The notes under the pieces were generated by a model that saw only the letters and a program-made list of their open reading frames with translations, had not been told where the DNA came from and ran no database searches. Of a stretch of DNA of 46,844 nt, positions 17,792 to 28,742 are shown one piece after another (position 1 is the stretch's first letter; the number at the start of each line of letters is the position of its first letter). The translations under genes and the position numbers were made by a program. This DNA is from a virus. Taxonomy: Duplodnaviria; Heunggongvirae; Uroviricota; Caudoviricetes. The stretch lies in the IMG/VR virus record IMGVR_UViG_2534681940_000028. One strand, 5' to 3'.

Positions 17792-19271
17792 CACCATTCC
17801 GTCGAATACGCTGGTTCCGTTGTTTTATGCGGAAATGGATAACCAGGCGGCGAATACTGCACAGGACAGCGGAGCATCGCTGCTGATTGGTCATGCCAAT
17901 AACGGTGCAGAGATTGTTGCCAACAGTCTGGTACTGATGTCGTCGGCAGACTATGCACGCCAGATTTGTGGTGCGGGAAGTCAGCTGGCGCGTATGGTCG
18001 AGGCTTATCGCCAGACTGACCCGTTTGGCGAGCTGTATGTGATTGCCGTTCCTGAATCCACAGGTGCGGCGGCAACAGTTACGCTGACGGTGACCGGGGC
18101 GGCAACCGAAACCGGCACGGTGAATGTGTATGTAGGACGTACCCGCGTGCAGGCACCGGTGACTAACGGCGATAACGTCACGATGATTGCCAGCAGTATC
18201 CAGGATGCCATCAATGCCGTTCCGACCCTGCCGTTTACGGCTTCATCTTTGGCAGGCGTGGTCACACTGACCGCGCGTCATAAGGGGCTTTGTGGGAATG
18301 AAATTCCTGTCAGCCTCAATTACTACGGCTTTGGTGGGGGCGAAGTGCTGCCAGCGGGCGTACAGATTGCCGTGGCGACGGGTACCGCCGGAACGGGTGC
18401 TCCGGTTCTCACCGGCGCGGTGGCTGCAATGGCGGATGAGCCGTTTGATTATATCGGCCTGCCGTTCAACGACACGGCCTCCGTTAACACGCTGGTGACC
18501 GAGATGAACGATACCAGCGGTCGCTGGAGCTATGCGCGTCAGCTGTATGGTCATGTGTATACGGCAAAGATCGGCACGCTGTCAGAACTGGTGACCGCAG
18601 GTGACCAGTTTAACCAGCAGCACATTACCCTGGCGGGGTACGAAAAAGAGACCCAGACGCCTGCCGACGAGCTGGCGGCAAGCCGTACCGCCCGCGCAGC
18701 GGTGTTTATCCGCAACGATCCGGCACGTCCCACGCAGACCGGTGAGCTGGTGGGTATGCTGCCTGCGCCGAAGGGGAAACGGTTCACGATGACCGAACAA
18801 CAGACCCTGCTGTCTCATGGCGTGGCAACGGCGTATGTCGAAAGCGGGGTACTACGCATTCAGCGTGATGTCACCACGTACAGGAAAAACGCTTACGGGG
18901 TTGCGGATAACAGTTACCTCGACAGTGAGACGCTGCATACCAGCGCGTATGTACTGCGCAAACTGAAATCCGTCATTACCAGTAAGTACGGGCGTCACAA
19001 GCTTGCCAGTGACGGTACCCGCTTTGGTCCCGGTCAGGCGATTGTCACCCCGGCGGTGATCAAAGGGGAACTGCTGGCAACCTACCGTCAGCTTGAGCGT
19101 GCGGGGATCGTGGAAAACTACGAACTGTTTAAGCAGTACCTGGTTGTGGAGCGTGATGCCAGCGATCCGAACCGCCTGAACACGCTGTTCCCGCCTGACT
19201 ATGTTAACCAGCTGCGTGTCTTTGCCGTGGTTAATCAGTTCCGTCTTCAGTATTCAGAGGAGTCTGCATAA
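17775..19271 (+). CDS. tail sheath protein (Mu gpL-like)
   Basis: 498 aa; followed by tube, chaperone and tape measure in canonical myovirus order. Confidence 0.75.
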   Translation: MTISFNTIPSNTLVPLFYAEMDNQAANTAQDSGASLLIGHANNGAEIVANSLVLMSSADYARQICGAGSQLARMVEAYRQTDPFGELYVIAVPESTGAAATVTLTVTGAATETGTVNVYVGRTRVQAPVTNGDNVTMIASSIQDAINAVPTLPFTASSLAGVVTLTARHKGLCGNEIPVSLNYYGFGGGEVLPAGVQIAVATGTAGTGAPVLTGAVAAMADEPFDYIGLPFNDTASVNTLVTEMNDTSGRWSYARQLYGHVYTAKIGTLSELVTAGDQFNQQHITLAGYEKETQTPADELAASRTARAAVFIRNDPARPTQTGELVGMLPAPKGKRFTMTEQQTLLSHGVATAYVESGVLRIQRDVTTYRKNAYGVADNSYLDSETLHTSAYVLRKLKSVITSKYGRHKLASDGTRFGPGQAIVTPAVIKGELLATYRQLERAGIVENYELFKQYLVVERDASDPNRLNTLFPPDYVNQLRVFAVVNQFRLQYSEESA

Positions 19272-19627
19272 TGGCCCGTATCGGGGGAACCTGTTATTTC
19301 AAAATTGACGGTCAGCAGCTATCGCTGACCGGCGGCATTGAGGTGCCCATGAACAAAACGGTTAACGATGACATCATCGGCCTGGACGGTTCAGTGGACC
19401 GCAAGGAAACTCACCGTGCGCCTTATGTCAAAGGGACCTTCAAGGTGCCGAAGAATTTTCCGGTAAGCAAAATCACCTCGTCTGATGAGATGACCATCAC
19501 TGCCGAGCTGGCGAACGGTCAGGTCTATGTACTGTCGTCTGCCTGGCTGCACGGCGAAGCGAACCATAATGCCGAAGAAGGCACGGTTGATCTTGAGTTC
19601 CACGGTGAAGAAGGGGATTACCAGTAA
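19271..19627 (+). CDS. tail tube protein (Mu gpM-like)
   Basis: 118 aa directly after sheath. Confidence 0.7.
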   Translation: MARIGGTCYFKIDGQQLSLTGGIEVPMNKTVNDDIIGLDGSVDRKETHRAPYVKGTFKVPKNFPVSKITSSDEMTITAELANGQVYVLSSAWLHGEANHNAEEGTVDLEFHGEEGDYQ

Positions 19628-19896
19628 TGAAAGAGCTTGAGTTAAAGAAACCGATTACTGCTCATGGCGAGACACTCTCCGTACTGGAGTTTGATGAACC
19701 CACCGGGAAGGATGTCCGCGAGCTGGGGTATCCCTACCAGATGAATCAGGATGAGTCAGTCAGACTTCTGGCGCATGTGGTGTCGAAATACATTGTGCGG
19801 CTGGCGAAAGTGCCGCAAAGCTCTGTCGACCAGATGTCTCCGGCAGACCTGAATGCAGCGGCGTGGCTTGTGGCTGGTTTTTTCCTCCAGGCCTGA
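19627..19896 (+). CDS. tail assembly chaperone (short form)
   Basis: 89 aa between tube and tape measure; ends just after slippery TTTTTTC. Confidence 0.6.
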   Translation: MKELELKKPITAHGETLSVLEFDEPTGKDVRELGYPYQMNQDESVRLLAHVVSKYIVRLAKVPQSSVDQMSPADLNAAAWLVAGFFLQA

Positions 19897-20051
19897 CGGC
19901 TGAATACCTCACTGATCGCTTCTTTGACTGCGCCAGCTACTGGCGCATTAATCCTTTCGAATTGCTGAATATGCCGATCAGTGAAATTCCCTTGCTGGTC
20001 AGTCAGGCAAACAGGATAGAGCAGGAGAAACGCACACATGGCGGAATTTGA
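19627..20051 (+). CDS. tail assembly chaperone, predicted -1 frameshift fusion product
   Basis: Slippery heptamer T TTT TTC at 19878-19884; -1 frame stays open to 20051, abutting tape-measure start. Confidence 0.45.
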
Positions 20052-21873
20052 GCTTAAGGCGTTGATCACCGGTGTCGACAGGCTTTCTCCCGCGCTGTCG
20101 AAAATGCAAAAGAAAATCCGGGGATTTAAACGCCAGGCGGAAGAAGCGTCACAGGGTGGGCTGGCGCTTGGTGGCGGACTGGCAGCGGGTCTGACGCTTT
20201 CCCTGAAATCTTATGCCGATCAGGAAAACGCCGCCACCGGGCTGAAAGTCGCCATGATGGATGCGAACGGCGAGGTTGGAAAGAGCTTTCAGGACATCAA
20301 TAAACTGGCTATTGGCCTGGGTAACCAGCTACCCGGTACAACGGCTGATTTCCAGAACATGATGCAGATGCTGGTGCGTCAGGGGATCCCGGCAGAAAAC
20401 ATTCTTGGCGGTGTGGGTAAAGCGACAGCTTATCTTGCGGTACAACTGAAAAAAACACCGGAAGCGGCTGCTGAGTTTGCTGCAAAGATGCAGGATGCTA
20501 CCGGAACGGCGTCAGAAGACATGATGGGGCTGTTCGACACTATCCAGAAGGCGTTTTATCTGGGTGTTGACGATACCAACATGTTGTCCTTCTTCACTAA
20601 AACCAGCTCTGTTCTGAAGATGGTGAACAAGGACGGTCTTCAGGCTGCACAGAGCCTTGCCCCCATCAGCGTCATGATGGATCAGATGGGGATGAACGGG
20701 GAGTCGGCAGGTAACGCCCTGCGAAAAGTTATCCAGTCCGGATTAAGCGTTAAGAAAATCAGGGACGTCAATAAAATCATGGCCCGCCAGAAACTCGGGG
20801 TACAGCTCGATTTTACTGACGGCAAAGGAAGTTTTGGCGGTCTTGATAACATGTTCAGGCAACTGGCAAAGCTGCGAAAACTGACCGACGTTAAGCGAAC
20901 AGGTGTACTTAAGGCAATATTTGGTGATGATGCCGAAACCCTTCAGGTGGTCAATGCACTAATCGATAAAGGAAAGGATGGCTACGATCAGATCCAGCAG
21001 AAGATGAATAAACAGGCCAGCCTGAATAAACGTGTTCAGGCCCAGCTTGGTACGCTGTCCAACCTGTGGGAGGCAATGACGGGGACCGCAACTAACGGCC
21101 TTGCGGCTATTGGCGGCGCATTTTCTGGTGACGCCAAAAATATCACGCAATGGCTGGGGGAGTTAGGGGAAAAATTCACGAAGTTTGCGGATGAAAATCC
21201 CCGGGTTATTCGCGGCGTCGTCGGGCTTGCTGCCGGTCTTGCGATTCTGAAACTGGGATTGATGGGCGTTGGCGGTGCCATCAGTATTGTCAGCAGGATC
21301 ATGTCGATGACGCCGATTGGAATGATTGCGACGGCGATAGCCCTGGCTGCGGGATTAATTATCACTAACTGGGATGTTGTCGGACCTTATTTCAAGAAGC
21401 TCTGGGAAACCATTGGTCCTTATTTTGAGGCTGGCTGGGAACTTCTGAAGAAGGTTTTTGCCTGGTCGCCGCTGGGGATGGTAATCAATAACTGGGGACC
21501 GGTTGTTAAGTGGTTTCAGGATATGTGGGACAAACTGAAGCCAATTATTGAGTGGTTTACCGACAGTTCCGGTGACACGGTCGATGCCATTAACTCTGCG
21601 CAGTGGGGCGCGGGTGCTTATGATGCTTATGGGACGGGAATACCGGCACGGGGATACACACCTTATCAGGCGGTAGATCCGGCTCAGTCAAACAACGCCT
21701 CCGGTGCCACAGGCCCGAATCCCTTCATGATTAACAAAGCTTCTGCGCCAAAAGTTGATGGTGAGATCAAGGTCTCTTTTGTGAATTCGCCTCCGGGTAT
21801 GCGGGTTATGGAAACGCGATCCAGCGGTTTTGATGTCAGCCATGATGTTGGCTATACGCGCTTTGGCAGGTAA
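20038..21873 (+). CDS. tail tape measure protein
   Basis: 611 aa, Ala/Gly-rich with hydrophobic central segment; follows chaperone. Confidence 0.8.
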   Translation: MAEFELKALITGVDRLSPALSKMQKKIRGFKRQAEEASQGGLALGGGLAAGLTLSLKSYADQENAATGLKVAMMDANGEVGKSFQDINKLAIGLGNQLPGTTADFQNMMQMLVRQGIPAENILGGVGKATAYLAVQLKKTPEAAAEFAAKMQDATGTASEDMMGLFDTIQKAFYLGVDDTNMLSFFTKTSSVLKMVNKDGLQAAQSLAPISVMMDQMGMNGESAGNALRKVIQSGLSVKKIRDVNKIMARQKLGVQLDFTDGKGSFGGLDNMFRQLAKLRKLTDVKRTGVLKAIFGDDAETLQVVNALIDKGKDGYDQIQQKMNKQASLNKRVQAQLGTLSNLWEAMTGTATNGLAAIGGAFSGDAKNITQWLGELGEKFTKFADENPRVIRGVVGLAAGLAILKLGLMGVGGAISIVSRIMSMTPIGMIATAIALAAGLIITNWDVVGPYFKKLWETIGPYFEAGWELLKKVFAWSPLGMVINNWGPVVKWFQDMWDKLKPIIEWFTDSSGDTVDAINSAQWGAGAYDAYGTGIPARGYTPYQAVDPAQSNNASGATGPNPFMINKASAPKVDGEIKVSFVNSPPGMRVMETRSSGFDVSHDVGYTRFGR

Positions 21874-21933
21874 TGAAAAATTAATCTGTTAATGAGTCCC
21901 ACTCCGGTGGGATTTTTTATGTACGGAGTTTAT

Positions 21934-23262
21934 ATGACGTGGAAAGACAGACTTCAGGACGCGTCATTTCGCGGTGTGCCGTTTAAGGTTGAAGAAGAAA
22001 GTGCGGGAACCGGTCGTCGTGTGGAAACGCACGAATACCCGAACCGCGACAAACCCTATACCGAAGACCTGGGGAAAATCACTTTCCGCCCGTCCATCAC
22101 AGCTTATGTGGTGGGAGATGACTGCTTTGACCAGCGCGATCGCCTGATTGACGCGCTGAATAAACCCGGTCCCGGCACGCTTGTCCATCCGACTTACGGT
22201 GAGCTGAAAGTCTGTGTTGACGGGGAAGTTCGGGTCAGCACATCGAAGAGTGAAGGGCGTATTGTCCGCTTTGACCTGAAGTTTGTCGAAGCGGGAGAAC
22301 TCTCTTACCCCACTTCAGGTGCGGCGACGGCGCAGACGCTGATGTCATCCTGTTCTGCACTGGATGACTGCATCAGTGACAGCTTCAGTGGTTTCAGTAT
22401 CGATGGCGTGGCAGATTTTGTGCAGAACGACGTCGTCGGTAATGCCAGCACAATGCTTGGGTATGTTTCTGATGCGATGAAAGTGGTGGATTCTGCCGTA
22501 TCGGATGCCGCCAGGCTGTTGCAGGGGGATATCTCGGTACTTCTGCCGCCACCATCGTCAGGCAAAAATTTCGTTGAGCAGGTGCAGAAAATGTGGCGTA
22601 CCGGGAAACGCCTTTATGGTAACGCCAGCGACCTGGTCACCATGATCAAAACGCTTTCCGGTGTCAGCCTCGGCAGCGATCTGCAACCGCGCGGCGTCTG
22701 GAAAACGGACAGTAAAACTACCGCCACGGCGACGCAGCAGCGTAACGTGGTTGCCAGCACCCTTCGTACGACCGCAATCAGCGAAGCGGCGTATGCCGTC
22801 ACACGATTGCCTGCGCCCACAACTTCCGCGGTGATGCAGAATGCCACAGTAGGGCAGTCAACAACACCCGCGCAGAGCACCGGCTGGCCTTCTGTCACGC
22901 ATCCGGCACTGAACAATGCACCGGCGGTGAAAAACACGGTTGACCTGCCAACGTGGGAAGAACTGACCGACATTCGCGACACACTGAATACGGCAATTGA
23001 TAAGGAGTTGTCCCGTACAACCAGTGATGCGCTGTTTCTGGCGCTGCGCCGGGTGAAAGCAGATCTGAATGCGGATATCAACACGCGCCTTGAACAGTCT
23101 GCACGGATCATTCAGCGCACGCCGGATGAGGTTTTACCCGCGCTGGTGCTGGCGGCGACCTGGTTTGATAACGCGGCGCGTGACGCGGACATTATCCGGC
23201 GTAATGCCATTACGCATCCCGGCTTTGTGCCGGTGATCCCTCTGAAGGTGCCAGTGCAATGA
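21934..23262 (+). CDS. DNA circulation protein (Mu gpN / gp43-like)
   Basis: 442 aa from ATG 21934 (MTWKDRLQDASFRGVPFKVEEE); position after tape measure. Confidence 0.65.
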   Translation: MTWKDRLQDASFRGVPFKVEEESAGTGRRVETHEYPNRDKPYTEDLGKITFRPSITAYVVGDDCFDQRDRLIDALNKPGPGTLVHPTYGELKVCVDGEVRVSTSKSEGRIVRFDLKFVEAGELSYPTSGAATAQTLMSSCSALDDCISDSFSGFSIDGVADFVQNDVVGNASTMLGYVSDAMKVVDSAVSDAARLLQGDISVLLPPPSSGKNFVEQVQKMWRTGKRLYGNASDLVTMIKTLSGVSLGSDLQPRGVWKTDSKTTATATQQRNVVASTLRTTAISEAAYAVTRLPAPTTSAVMQNATVGQSTTPAQSTGWPSVTHPALNNAPAVKNTVDLPTWEELTDIRDTLNTAIDKELSRTTSDALFLALRRVKADLNADINTRLEQSARIIQRTPDEVLPALVLAATWFDNAARDADIIRRNAITHPGFVPVIPLKVPVQ

Positions 23263-24338
23263 ACGACAATGTCACGCTACGGGTAAATGGCCGGGAGTGG
23301 AATGGCTGGACATCGGTGCGCATCGGTGCCGGTATTGAACGGCTGGCGCGGGATTTCAGTGTGGAGATCACTCGCCAGTGGCCGGGAGATGAGGGTATCA
23401 CCACGCTTCAGCCGCGCATTAAAAACGGTTCAAAAGTGGAAGTGCTGATTGGTGATGAGCTGGTGATCACCGGCTGGGTGGAGGCGACTCCCGTTCGTTA
23501 CGATGCCCGTTCGGTCAGCACCGGTATTGCCGGACGTAGTCTGACGGCTGACCTGATTGACTGTGCAGCCGAACCGACACAGTTTAACGGACGCTCGCTG
23601 GTGCAGATTGCGCAGGCGCTTGCTGCGCCTTTCGGCATTGAGGTGGTGAACAGCGGTGCGCCGTCGGGTGTTATTCCTGATGTTCAGCCTGATCACGGTG
23701 AAACGGTGATTGAGGTTATCAACAAAATACTCGGTCAGCAGCAGGCGCTGGCTTACGACGATCCGCACGGCAGGCTGGTGATTGGCGGTATTGGCTCAAC
23801 GCGGGCACATACCGCGCTGGTACTTGGGGAAAACATCCTTTCCTGTGATACGGAGAAGAGTATCCGGGAGCGGTTTTCTGTTTACCAGGTGGCGGGGCAG
23901 CGTGCCGGAAACGACGATGATTTCGGTGAGGTCACCACCACCGCGCTGCGGGCCCGCACAGAGGACGCATTTATTGCCCGTTACCGTCCGATGTATATCA
24001 GGCAGACAGGGCAGGCCACGGGGGCAGGCTGTATTGCGCGTGCTGACTTTGAAGCCCGACAACGGGCGGCGCGGACGGATGAAACCACCTATGTGGTGCA
24101 GGGCTGGCGACAGGGTAACGGTACGCTGTGGCAGCCCAACCAGCGGGTGATTGTCTTCGATCCAGTCTGTGGTTTCGACAATACCGAACTGCTTGTCTCG
24201 GAAGTCACGTTTACTCAGGACCAGAACGGCACCCTGACGGAAATCCGTGTCGGCCCGCCTGATGCTTATCTGCCTGAACCCGAAGCCCCCGGCGCGCGGA
24301 AAAAGAAAAAAGCCAGAGTACAGGAGGACCCGTTCTGA
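23259..24338 (+). CDS. baseplate hub protein (Mu gpP / gp44-like)
   Basis: 359 aa; overlapping start/stop with neighbours; baseplate module order. Confidence 0.6.
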   Translation: MNDNVTLRVNGREWNGWTSVRIGAGIERLARDFSVEITRQWPGDEGITTLQPRIKNGSKVEVLIGDELVITGWVEATPVRYDARSVSTGIAGRSLTADLIDCAAEPTQFNGRSLVQIAQALAAPFGIEVVNSGAPSGVIPDVQPDHGETVIEVINKILGQQQALAYDDPHGRLVIGGIGSTRAHTALVLGENILSCDTEKSIRERFSVYQVAGQRAGNDDDFGEVTTTALRARTEDAFIARYRPMYIRQTGQATGAGCIARADFEARQRAARTDETTYVVQGWRQGNGTLWQPNQRVIVFDPVCGFDNTELLVSEVTFTQDQNGTLTEIRVGPPDAYLPEPEAPGARKKKKARVQEDPF

Positions 24339-24886
24339 TGAGGACGATTGAAGCCATGCAGCGACAACTTCTCGGCCTGATTGCGCGGGCAGTGGTGAAA
24401 AGCATCAGTGCCGCCACGAAATGTCAGACCGTGGATGTGTCCCTGATTGCCGGTGAACCCAAAGCCGGGGTTGAACATCTTGAACCCTACGGTTTTACCG
24501 CAAGGGCAAACAGCGGCGCGGAAGCGGTGGTGTTGTTTCCGGATGGCGACCGTTCTCATGCGGTGGTTGTTACGGTGTCGGACCGGCGCTACCGCCTGAA
24601 AGGGTTGCAGACGGGTGAGGTGGCTGTCTATGACGATCAGGGGCAGTCTGTGACGCTGACCCGGGAGGGGATCGTGGTGGACGGTGCAGGTAAAACGATC
24701 ACGTTTCGCAATTCACCTAAAGCACGTTTTGAAATGGACCTGGAAGTGACAGGACAGGTGAAAGACCTGTGCGACTCCAGCGGCACTACCATGTCAGCGA
24801 TGCGGCTTGCCTATAACGGGCATCGTCACAGAGAGAACGGTCAGGGCAGTAACACCGACAAACCGGATAAAGCGATGGAGGCATGA
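24338..24886 (+). CDS. baseplate spike / assembly protein V (Mu gp45-like)
   Basis: 182 aa; TGATG overlap. Confidence 0.65.
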   Translation: MRTIEAMQRQLLGLIARAVVKSISAATKCQTVDVSLIAGEPKAGVEHLEPYGFTARANSGAEAVVLFPDGDRSHAVVVTVSDRRYRLKGLQTGEVAVYDDQGQSVTLTREGIVVDGAGKTITFRNSPKARFEMDLEVTGQVKDLCDSSGTTMSAMRLAYNGHRHRENGQGSNTDKPDKAMEA

Positions 24887-25311
24887 TGGAACTGTGGCTG
24901 ACGGTGAACGGTAAACGCACCTGCGCCAGCGCACCGCTGGATCCGCTGACCCGCGCCGTGGTGATTTCCCTGTTTACCTGGCGGCGGGCGGAGCCTGATG
25001 ACAACGCCGACGTCCCGATGGGATGGTGGGGGGATACCTGGCCTGCGGTACAGAATGACCGTTACGGCTCACGACTGTGGCTGCTTCAGCGCAGCAAACT
25101 GACCAATCAGCTGGTGCAGACAGTAAGGGGGTATATCCGCGAATGCCTGCAATGGATGATTGATGACGGCGTGGTGTCCCGTATTGATCTGGATATCCGC
25201 CGCACCGGGATTAATGAGCTGGGTAACAGTATCACCCTCTGGCGTCGTGACGGACCGGTAATGATTTCTTTTGATGATCTGTGGAGTGCGATAACGCATG
25301 GCGGACAGTGA
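24883..25311 (+). CDS. baseplate protein (Mu gp46 / GPW-like)
   Basis: 142 aa; position in baseplate module. Confidence 0.6.
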   Translation: MMELWLTVNGKRTCASAPLDPLTRAVVISLFTWRRAEPDDNADVPMGWWGDTWPAVQNDRYGSRLWLLQRSKLTNQLVQTVRGYIRECLQWMIDDGVVSRIDLDIRRTGINELGNSITLWRRDGPVMISFDDLWSAITHGGQ

Positions 25312-26356
25312 ATTTCAGCGCCCGACGCTGGCAGAAAATATCAGTATGCTCCGTAACGATTTATTCGCCAGGCTGGACGTCAGCGACACGCTCCGGCGCA
25401 TGGATGAAGACGTGCGGGCAAAGGTGTATGCGGCGGCGCTGCATACGGTTTACGGTTACATCGATTATCTGGCAATGAACATGCTGCCTGACCTGTGCGA
25501 TGAGTCCTGGCTGGCGCGACATGCTGCGATGAAACGGTGTCCGCGCAAGGGGGCCACGGCTGCCAGCGGGTATATGCGCTGGGAAGGTGTCAGCGATGGC
25601 CTGAAGGTGACCGCCGGGAGCGTGATTCAGCGCGATGACCTGGTTCAGTACACGGCAACTGCTGATGCAACCAGCTCCGGTGGTGTCCTGCGCGTGCCGA
25701 TCGCCTGCTCAAGTGCAGGCGCGGTCGGTAACGCTGACGACGGTACGGCATTAATCCTGGTCACGCCGGTGAATGGTCTGCCGTCTTCCGGTGTTGCAGA
25801 TACCCTGACTGGCGGATTCGATACTGAAGATCTGGAAACGTGGCGCGCCCGCGTCATTGAGCGGTATTACTGGACGCCTCAGGGCGGGGCTGACGGGGAC
25901 TATGTTGTCTGGGCTAAAGAAGTGCCCGGCATTACCCGCGCATGGACATACCGTCACTGGATGGGAACGGGAACTGTCGGTGTGATGATTGCCAGCAGTG
26001 ACCTGATTAATCCCATTCCGGAAGAATCAACGGAAACGGCGGCAAGACAACACATTGAGCCACTGGCCCCGGTGGCAGGCTCTGATTTGTATGTATTCAG
26101 GCCGGTGGCGCATAAAGTGGATTTTCATATCCGCGTGACGCCGGACACACCGGAAATACGGGCTGCCATTACCGCGGAGTTGCGTTCGTTCCTGCTGCGT
26201 GATGGTTATCCGCAGGGAGAACTCAAGGTATCGCGTATCAGTGAGGCGATTTCCGGTGCGAACGGGGAATACAGCCATCAGTTGCTTGCACCGGTGGACA
26301 ATATCTCCATTGCGAAAAACGAACTGGCGGTACTGGGGACGATTTCATGGACGTGA
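25298..26356 (+). CDS. baseplate J-like protein (Mu gp47-like)
   Basis: 352 aa; position in baseplate module. Confidence 0.75.
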   Translation: MADSEFQRPTLAENISMLRNDLFARLDVSDTLRRMDEDVRAKVYAAALHTVYGYIDYLAMNMLPDLCDESWLARHAAMKRCPRKGATAASGYMRWEGVSDGLKVTAGSVIQRDDLVQYTATADATSSGGVLRVPIACSSAGAVGNADDGTALILVTPVNGLPSSGVADTLTGGFDTEDLETWRARVIERYYWTPQGGADGDYVVWAKEVPGITRAWTYRHWMGTGTVGVMIASSDLINPIPEESTETAARQHIEPLAPVAGSDLYVFRPVAHKVDFHIRVTPDTPEIRAAITAELRSFLLRDGYPQGELKVSRISEAISGANGEYSHQLLAPVDNISIAKNELAVLGTISWT

Positions 26357-26931
26357 CAAACGATGATTACATCCGCCTGTTATCGGCACTGTTGCCGCCC
26401 GGTCCGGCGTGGTCAGCCAGCGATCCGGCGATTGCCGGTGCGGCACCGTCATTAACCCGTGTTCATCAGCGTGCGGATGCCCTGATGCGGGAGCTGGATC
26501 CTCGCACCACCACTGAACTGATAAACCGCTGGGAGCGTCTGTGCGGTCTGCCGGATGAATGTATTCCGGCGGGAACGCAGACCCTTCGCCAGCGTCAGCA
26601 ACGGCTGGATGCGAAGGTTAACCTGGCGGGCGGCATCAACGAGGATTTTTATCTTGCACAGCTTGCTGCCCTGGGCAGACCAGATGCCACCATCACGCGA
26701 TACGACAAAAGCACTTTCACCTGCTCATCGGCCTGTACTGACGCGGTGAATGCGCCGGAATGGCGGTATTACTGGCAGGTCAACATGCCAGCCACCACCA
26801 ACTCCACCTGGATGACATGTGGCGATCCCTGTGATTCCGCACTGCGTATCTGGGGTGACACCGTTGTCGAGTGTGTGCTTAACAAACTCTGCCCGTCGCA
26901 AACCTACGTAATTTTTAAATATCCGGAGTAA
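26347..26931 (+). CDS. tail protein, DUF2313 / YmfQ-like (Mu gp48-like)
   Basis: 194 aa; immediately upstream of tail fibre gene. Confidence 0.6.
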   Translation: MDVTNDDYIRLLSALLPPGPAWSASDPAIAGAAPSLTRVHQRADALMRELDPRTTTELINRWERLCGLPDECIPAGTQTLRQRQQRLDAKVNLAGGINEDFYLAQLAALGRPDATITRYDKSTFTCSSACTDAVNAPEWRYYWQVNMPATTNSTWMTCGDPCDSALRIWGDTVVECVLNKLCPSQTYVIFKYPE

Positions 26932-26934
26932 TCC

Positions 26935-27705
26935 ATGCATCGTATAGACACGAAAACCGCGCAGAAGGATAAGTTCGGCGCGGGTAAGAACGGTTTTACC
27001 CGTGGTAACCCCCAGACCGGCACGCCTGCCACCGATCTGGATGATGACTACTTTGACATGTTGCAGGAGGAACTTTGCAGCGTGGTGGAGGCATCCGGTG
27101 CCAGCCTGGAGAAGGGGCGGCACGACCAGTTACTTACCGCACTTCGCGCGCTGCTGTTAAGCCGCAAGAATCCGTTTGGCGATATCAAATCGGATGGCAC
27201 TGTGCAAACGGCTCTCGAAAACCTTGGTTTGGGAGAAGGCTCTGCATTACCTGTTGGTGTGCCTGTTCCATGGCCTTCAGCCACACCGCCAACAGGCTGG
27301 CTGAAATGCAACGGTGCGGCTTTTTCTGCTGAAGAATACCCGGAACTGGCAAAGGCTTATCCGACAAATAAATTGCCTGATTTACGTGGTGAGTTTATTC
27401 GTGGCTGGGATGACGGGCGCGGTATTGATGCAGGACGTGTTTTATTGAGCATTCAGACAGGGATGCTGGAAAAACACCGCCATATTGTTGTTGCCAATGA
27501 TGGTTACGACACAAAAGATGAATGGGAACTGGCTACGATTTTCAAAAAGACATACACACAAGGACGGGGACTTGATGCCACAAATACAGGAGGGAGTCTG
27601 ATCCCATCACCGACACTTCATTCACGAGGGAGTATCGGTAATACTGGCGGGAGTGAAACCCGTCCACGAAATATTGCATTTAACTATATCGTGAGGGCTG
27701 CATAA
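26935..27705 (+). CDS. tail fibre protein (constant N-terminus + currently expressed variable C-terminus)
   Basis: 256 aa; crossover site lies inside the gene at 27213-27239; Gly-rich fibre-like C-terminus. Confidence 0.7.
   Translation: MHRIDTKTAQKDKFGAGKNGFTRGNPQTGTPATDLDDDYFDMLQEELCSVVEASGASLEKGRHDQLLTALRALLLSRKNPFGDIKSDGTVQTALENLGLGEGSALPVGVPVPWPSATPPTGWLKCNGAAFSAEEYPELAKAYPTNKLPDLRGEFIRGWDDGRGIDAGRVLLSIQTGMLEKHRHIVVANDGYDTKDEWELATIFKKTYTQGRGLDATNTGGSLIPSPTLHSRGSIGNTGGSETRPRNIAFNYIVRAA
27213..27239. repeat. invertase crossover site (left; gix/pix-like)
   Basis: TCGAAAACCTTGGTTTGGGAGAAGG; core TTGGTTTGGGAGAAG is repeated inverted at 29103-29117. Confidence 0.55.
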
Positions 27706-28307
27706 TGGATAACGCCGTATTAAATAGCGAGCTTATTGCCACGAAGGCGGGGAATATTACCGTCTATAACTATGATGGTAAAACTCGGGAATATATTTCT
27801 ACTTCAAATGAATATCTTGCCATTGGTGTCGGTATCCCTGCATATTCCTGTCTGGATGAACCTGGTATACATAAGGCGGGTTATGCTATCTGCCGTTCGA
27901 TGGATTTAAACTCATGGGAATATGTGCCAGACCATCGCGGTGAAATCGTCTATAACACCGAAACGGGAGACGCCAAAGAAATCACAGCTCCGGGTGATTA
28001 TCCTGAAAATACAACCACTATCGCCCCGTTAACGCCATTCGATAAATGGGATGGTGAAAAATGGGTGACAGATACTGAGGCACAACACGGTGCCGCAGTA
28101 GAAGCGGCAGAAGCACAGCGCCAGTCACTGATTGATGCAGCAATGGCTTCCATCAGTCTGATTCAACTGAAATTGCAGGCCGGACGTAAACCGACGCAGG
28201 CAGAAACAACCAGACTTAACGCTGTGCTGGATTACATTGACGCGGTGACGGCAACAGATACCAGCACCGCGCCGGATGTCATCTGGCCTGAACTGCCGGA
28301 GGCGTAG
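27705..28307 (+). CDS. tail fibre assembly protein (current orientation)
   Basis: 200 aa; TAATG overlap with fibre gene. Confidence 0.7.
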   Translation: MDNAVLNSELIATKAGNITVYNYDGKTREYISTSNEYLAIGVGIPAYSCLDEPGIHKAGYAICRSMDLNSWEYVPDHRGEIVYNTETGDAKEITAPGDYPENTTTIAPLTPFDKWDGEKWVTDTEAQHGAAVEAAEAQRQSLIDAAMASISLIQLKLQAGRKPTQAETTRLNAVLDYIDAVTATDTSTAPDVIWPELPEA

Positions 28308-28731
28308 GCCATTCAATATCTGGCGCACTGGAGGTATCAACCAGCTCCAGTGCATCCAGATAATCCAGCCACAAATTATATTGCGCCAGTTCCTCACCTT
28401 TCAGACGACCAATAGCGGCTTTACCGGGCCATTGTTTACTGTTCATGTATTCGTTGGCCTGGTTAATTAGTAGCTGTCTTTCTGATTCAGTAATTTCAAT
28501 AAGTTCTTCATGCGTGGGTGGAGGAATATCTGCCCACGCAGGCAGCCCATCATCTCCGGCAATACGGATTTTTCCTTGTGGCGGTTCAGCCATAAACTCA
28601 CTGATAATATTTTGATTTACTTCCTTAGCGTCTGATAAATCCCATCCCTCTGATTTATATTTATCAATCATATCCACAGGGAAAAAAGCATTATGCCTTG
28701 CGCTATAAACATATTCATTCATATAAATCAC
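28279..28731 (-). CDS. tail fibre assembly protein (alternative orientation)
   Basis: 150 aa on minus strand inside the invertible segment; C-terminus parallels the + strand tfa. Confidence 0.65.
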   Translation of the reverse strand: MIYMNEYVYSARHNAFFPVDMIDKYKSEGWDLSDAKEVNQNIISEFMAEPPQGKIRIAGDDGLPAWADIPPPTHEELIEITESERQLLINQANEYMNSKQWPGKAAIGRLKGEELAQYNLWLDYLDALELVDTSSAPDIEWPTPPAVQAR

Positions 28732-28742
28732 CCTGAATAAAA

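Noticed and set aside
21036-21365. 109-aa minus-strand ORF inside the tape-measure gene
   Set aside because: Embedded antisense in a 611-aa gene with clear tape-measure character; no translation signals
22614-23111. 165-aa minus-strand ORF inside the DNA circulation gene
   Set aside because: Antisense to a syntenic baseplate-module gene; low-complexity Ala/Val/Ser composition
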